Assembly (NCBI GenBank): GCA_040755995.1
Contig: JBFMAF010000037.1
Coordinates: 1 to 64,000 of the forward strand
DNA length: 64,000 nucleotides
Origin: Acidobacteriota bacterium
Lineage (GTDB): Bacteria > Acidobacteriota > CAIWXX01
Direction of reading: 5' to 3'
Shown here: positions 59,158-64,000 of the stretch, piece after piece
Layout of the letters: each line of letters starts with the position of its first letter
How positions within the stretch are numbered: the first letter of the stretch is position 1
Notes under the pieces: model-generated
Seen by the model: the letters and a program-made list of their open reading frames with translations, nothing else
Databases searched by the model: none
What the model was told of the DNA's origin: nothing
Translations under genes and position numbers: made by a program

Positions 59158-60624
59158 TCATTGGATCTGGATTTGAAGCAGGTAGGCGAGGTTCGTCAGC
59201 ACCAGCAGAACGACGATAGCCCAGAAACACGCGCCCACGAGGAGCCTGACGGCCTTGCTCCTGCCAGATACTAGCCGGCTAGTGCCCGTCGCCACCAGCA
59301 TCCACATGCAAAGAATGCTGGGGAGCGAAAAGAGAATGCACTGCTGTGTTGCAAACAGGAACATGAAGGCGTGACGCAACACCAGCGTCACCGCAAGCAG
59401 GGCGACAAGCAATCTTCGCTGTTGGTCTCCGCCCCCTGCCACGAGCCAAAGACCCCGCCCCGCCATGACTACCAACGTCAGGAATGATCCGTAGTAGATA
59501 AGATCCTCGGCCGTCGGCCGCAGTTGGCCTCTTGGCTTGCGTGTGTAGTTCTGGGGGCGTGTATTCAGCTGAGCCCTAACCGACATCACAAACACCCTGT
59601 ACATGAGGCCCGCATGGAGGCCAACCGAGGTCAACGGCGTCCTGGGACGGTAGTCGCTCGTGAAACGGTGGAGGTGATCGATGATATCCTCCGCCGAGCC
59701 GCCCACCTGCTGTCCGCTGCCGCCGGCGTAGCACCCAGGACCCATCCCTCTCTCAGCTATCCAGAGCATTGAGAGGATGCCCGCAGCAAGCATTCCTGCA
59801 CATATGATGAGATGGCTCCAGGCGGGTGCTCGTCGATACAAGGCGGCCCGCCAGGCGATGGTTAGTACGAACAAGGCGACTAGGTAGATGTTCTCGATGC
59901 TGACACACAGCGCGACAAGCGCCAGTCCGGGAATGGGAGCGAAGGAGGAGAGAGTCCCACTCTCGGAATAGGCTCGTAGATGGTGCAATGTAGCCAGGAA
60001 CAGGAGCGCCGAGAGCATGAAGGTTTCGATGACACTGGAGAAGGCCCAAGTGGCCAGGGAACAAGCGAATCCACATGCAGTCAGGATACGCAGTCTCTTC
60101 GACGGGATGTCCGCCGCGAGTACCTTGCAGAGCAGTTTGACCGCCAGACACCCCACCAGTGCACACTGCAGGTAGAGATATTCGCGTCCTAGCCGTGGGA
60201 TGCCGAGATATCGACTGCCGAGCTCGTCGAGCAGTGCCAACGGGAAGGTGATGACTGGGAACCCCAGGTGGCGAGGTGTCGTGAGGAAAGCCATGGCCTC
60301 CTGCAGGTACCTGGCCGTGTCGGAATTGAACACATAGTCCCATCTCTCGATCACTGGCCTCGAAAAGCGGAATGTGAGGAAGTATGTCGCCCATAAGGGA
60401 CAGAAGCAAAGCAGCCCTGCCAGCGCACGATCGCTGCAGGTGAGGAACCCGAGCAGTGCTGCCCAGAAGAGAAGGTTGGTTGCCAGTCCCCAAGGAGCTG
60501 ATCGGAAATGCAGCGTCAACGCCATCGCGGCCATCATCAGGAGGACGGATATCGACGCTCCATGCCGCGCCATGCGCTGCCACGGGACAGCAGGGTTTCG
60601 AGTCGAGAGTCGGTGATCGAACAT
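59158..60624 (-). CDS. Polytopic membrane protein (possible GT-C fold)
   Basis: About 12 hydrophobic segments; FNSD and IETF loop motifs. Confidence 0.6.
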   Translation of the reverse strand: MFDHRLSTRNPAVPWQRMARHGASISVLLMMAAMALTLHFRSAPWGLATNLLFWAALLGFLTCSDRALAGLLCFCPLWATYFLTFRFSRPVIERWDYVFNSDTARYLQEAMAFLTTPRHLGFPVITFPLALLDELGSRYLGIPRLGREYLYLQCALVGCLAVKLLCKVLAADIPSKRLRILTACGFACSLATWAFSSVIETFMLSALLFLATLHHLRAYSESGTLSSFAPIPGLALVALCVSIENIYLVALFVLTIAWRAALYRRAPAWSHLIICAGMLAAGILSMLWIAERGMGPGCYAGGSGQQVGGSAEDIIDHLHRFTSDYRPRTPLTSVGLHAGLMYRVFVMSVRAQLNTRPQNYTRKPRGQLRPTAEDLIYYGSFLTLVVMAGRGLWLVAGGGDQQRRLLVALLAVTLVLRHAFMFLFATQQCILFSLPSILCMWMLVATGTSRLVSGRSKAVRLLVGACFWAIVVLLVLTNLAYLLQIQIQ

Positions 60625-63272
60625 TTACGGGGAGGGAATCTCGTGGAAGTCGGATACGATGAACTGTGCTGCAGCGGATCGAACGACAGCCTGCTGAACA
60701 CCCCTCTGAGTGCTAGTCAGTGGTGAGCCCCGGGTGTTGGAGGGCCGCAAAGCTCGGACAAACGCGAAGGCCCCAGTCCCAGCATCGACTCCCAGATGGC
60801 GTTGGATTGCCTCCCGGATGCCAGATTGGCTTCTCGACAGGGCATTGCCAGAGACGGCGAGGAAGAGATATTGCCTATGGCCCAGTCGTCTGATAATTGC
60901 CTTCAAGCTTGCCTCGGCCTGTCGGTCAAGCGTGGCGGCGAGATTGCGCTGCATCGCCGTGCTGCCGTTTGCGTCGGAGGCGACGACAAGGATGCCGTCG
61001 GGGAACTTCGGTTTGAACCGTCTGCCACCCACCCAGATCTGCGTGGATTCACCAATTGCGTCTGACACCACTTCATAGTGACCCTGGCCCGTCCCCTGCT
61101 CCCCTCGGGAAGCCGGGATCAACTTGACCCCCGCCCCACTGCCCGGTAGATCCCCGGCGCTGATCTCCACCAGTCGCTCACTCTGCAAGTCGATGGTACG
61201 AACCTTCTTGTCACCGACCATCAGATCAAGTGTGACGTGAGCGGACTCACCCTCGGGTTGTGCGACTGCGAAGCGCAGAGCGCGTCCTGCCAGGTAGGCG
61301 GGATCCGCAAACACGCAAAACGTGTCACGCGGGCGTTTGTCTGCGAAAGCATGGAAGACCCGAAGCACGGTCGTGTGTCCGAACTGAGCTTCCTTGCACA
61401 GAAACGGCAACCGGTCCAAGCCGACATATGGATTGCCTCGCAGGCAAGCCGCATCCTCACGGCGCCAGAGTATGAATTCGAGAGGCAGTATGCCCTCGAG
61501 GAGATCGCTAGCGCGCCCATCAGGATACGACTCCAGTTGGAGAACTCGTTGGTAGTAGGCGGGTGGGACAAACCCGCTAATCCCGTTCATCAGCGGTTTC
61601 CGGTGCCTCAGCCAATCATACTGCGTGCGATATGCCCCCAGCTCCGTCCTGAGCGGCAGCTCCAACAGAACCCCGTTACCAGGTTGTCGGGCAAGCCAAT
61701 CGTATGCATCGGAGTCCCTGGGCTCATAGTGAACCCAGGGGATAGGGGAGTTCAGGCGCTCCAGACTCGCCGCGAAAACGATAATCACATAAAGTGCCCT
61801 CGTCATCCTTCCCGTCTTCACAAGCCGCTCTAGTCCCCAGGCCGACAGAGTGAAAAAGCACAGGAAGAACAGAACTGAGATCCGATGTACCACCCTAATT
61901 CCCCAGAAGCCGGGGAACCAGTCATGCACCAAGCGATAGAACCCGGGTCCAATCTGCCACCCCGCGCACTTGATCTCAGTGCCCATCGACAGCACAAGCG
62001 TGAAAAGCGAGATCCAGGCGAACATGGCCGGCAAGGCTTTGCATCGGTTGATGGCCGCTCCCACAAGGATCTCGATGAGCCAGAGGCTGGTCGCCGCTGC
62101 TAAGGAGAGTGTGAAAACACTGGGAATCGGCGCGAGTCGTATGGTGAGGGCGCAGAGCATAGCTCCGGCCACCACGACAAAAGCTATCCGACGCAAAGCA
62201 CGCAGGGCCGCCACCACCCTCTGTGCCGCGTTGTTCTCCACCCGCGGCCTCACCTTGGCTTCAGGACCCCTGATTGCCGGATCTCGAAGGAAGAGAAGAA
62301 TGAGGGCTAGTACCAACGCGACAAGCCCGGGGCAGAGAGCTTCGCGCACCCCTGGGTAGAGCCATCGCCCGATCTCCGGCAGGCAGAGGTTGTAGTGGCA
62401 GGTGTTCGCATATGCGAGAAGGTCGGCGCTGTGGGCACGCAGCGCGCCGAATCCGCGCTCAAAGCCATACTGTAACTTCGCCTGCCTATGTGGCAGGTAG
62501 ACAGGAGGATCGCGGCGTACACCGGCGTGGGGGCGCCCGCGATCGTGAGTAGTGTGCGCAGCGAAAGCCCGCGCAACTGACTGCAAAGGTAAAAAAGATG
62601 CAATATCGCCATGAGAAGGACGGCGTACACACCGTAGTAGGAACAGGACAGGATTGTGGCCAACACGGCTCCCCAGGAGAGCAAGAGATCCCGTGTCATT
62701 CGCAGCCTGAAGAACCGATTCAAGAAAAGGACCTGTAGCGGGAAGTACTGCACCTGCGAGAGTTGGAGGTGCGAGAAGTCCATTCTGAAGGTTGAGAATG
62801 CGAATAGGACCGCCCCGACTATCGAGGCCCCGTGGCCAAGGCAGAGCTCGCGGCACATCCAGTAGAAGAACACCCCGGTCAGCACGAAGGACAAGAGGAG
62901 CAGGATATTGTGGGCGAGTATGCCGGAACCCCCGAGCGCCAGTACTGGCATCACGAGAGTAGCAGGCAGGAGCAAGGTGTCGGAGTATGTGAGCGCCCAT
63001 TTCTCTGGATAGAAGATGGGAGGACTGAACAGCTGGGAGGGGCTGTTAAGGAGAGCCCAGTGAACCCATTCGATCACCCAGGAATACAAGAGAGGGTCGC
63101 CCTCGTCCACCAACTGGTGGCTCATGTCACGTCCGAGTGGCCACGTGACTATCAGCGCTCCGATGGCGAAGAGTCCGATCAGGAGGGCCATCCGGCGTGC
63201 CCTGAACCAGCCTGATCGACAATGTCCCGATTCGGCTATCGGCGCGTCTAGAGGTCGCATCAAGGTATCCAA
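60625..63272 (-). pseudogene. Frameshifted large membrane protein (YfhO/GT-C-like)
   Basis: GDPLLYSW...IFYPE..ALTYSD in one frame; AYDWLARQPG...LELP...MNGISGF.P in another; frame switch near 62505. Confidence 0.7.
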
Positions 63273-63359
63273 ATCGCGGTGGCTTCCCCGTGGGAATGCT
63301 ACCTGATCGCGCCACGAAGGTACAACTCCATCACGATTTCGGGTACCGTCCGCCCTACC

Positions 63360-64000
63360 TCATCCGCCAGGTGGCCCCGGTTCCGGCTGGACTAGCAGGA
63401 ATCTCAGAGTCGGGATCGTCTCGCGCAGCTCCTTCTCCAGAATCTCATCGAGCTCGTGGATGCGGGAGACAGGCGTGTCGCCGGACATCGTACAATGACA
63501 GGTCAGGTCCGTGGCCATGTCGCCGGCGCCGGCAGATCCATCAGCCGCCGAACCGTGGGACCGCAGCGGCGCCTGGTGAAGGATGAGGTCGTGCACGTCC
63601 TTGATCTCGGGGTGCGAGAGAAGCGTCTCCCGAGCCTTCTGCATCATCACCTGGGTTGTGGCATCGGACAGGTGGGTGAAGCGTACGGCCACTCCCCGCG
63701 GGTCGAAGTGTACATTCACGATATCGACCATCGGCAGCTCCTGCCGGACCTGGGCTTCCAGCTTCTGCGACATCCCCCACGCCTCGCGCAACAGCGATTC
63801 GTCGGGGACCTCCAGGTGGTAGTTCACGTGCTGGCGCCCGCCAGACTCGATCACCACCACGTTGTGCACCTTGTAGCCGAGGCGCGTAGCGCAGACCTGC
63901 ACCTTTTGCACCGCCGATTCGGCGCCGTCCGCCACCGGCTCCGGGTGCACAACCACGTCCGCCCCCGGAAGCAGCGCCTGGACCGATTTCTCTATGTTCG
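63360..64000 (-). CDS. Cation diffusion facilitator, C-terminal domains (5' partial)
   Basis: Repeated ZT-dimer-like units (DVVVHPEP, VNVHFDP, LVQPEP); frame open to the window edge. Confidence 0.75.
   Translation of the reverse strand, partial: NIEKSVQALLPGADVVVHPEPVADGAESAVQKVQVCATRLGYKVHNVVVIESGGRQHVNYHLEVPDESLLREAWGMSQKLEAQVRQELPMVDIVNVHFDPRGVAVRFTHLSDATTQVMMQKARETLLSHPEIKDVHDLILHQAPLRSHGSAADGSAGAGDMATDLTCHCTMSGDTPVSRIHELDEILEKELRETIPTLRFLLVQPEPGPPGG

Overview
64-kb window of a GC-rich bacterial chromosome. The gene set suggests Acidobacteriota or a similar diderm lineage (split F0 atp operon, DUF4388/DnaJ/TPR protein, yicC-remA-gmk-rpoZ-coaBC-udg block); this is inference from gene content. 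Most of it is housekeeping and envelope genes: atpI/B/E, rluA-like, GH57 branching enzyme, rsmD, selA, fadL plus GDSL lipase, psd-pssA-msbA, tsaB-rimI, mrfA/mrfB-like helicase and exonuclease, tRNA-Phe and tRNA-Asn. Interspersed are three intact type II TA pairs, three TA remnants or orphans and several chimeric gene fragments. I found no CRISPR array, integrase or transposase. Best leads: (1) an orphan Cas6 (16792-17505) with no other cas genes, apparently lacking the N-terminal catalytic histidines, with one CRISPR-repeat-like hairpin directly abutting its RBS, suggesting an exapted RNA-binding or autoregulatory Cas6 system; (2) a ~117-nt rod-shaped RNA starting at a predicted transcription start in front of a slipin/band-7 gene; (3) about a dozen short 7-8-bp tandem-repeat tracts, several anchored on stop codons. 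Product calls come from motif recognition only; no database searches were run.
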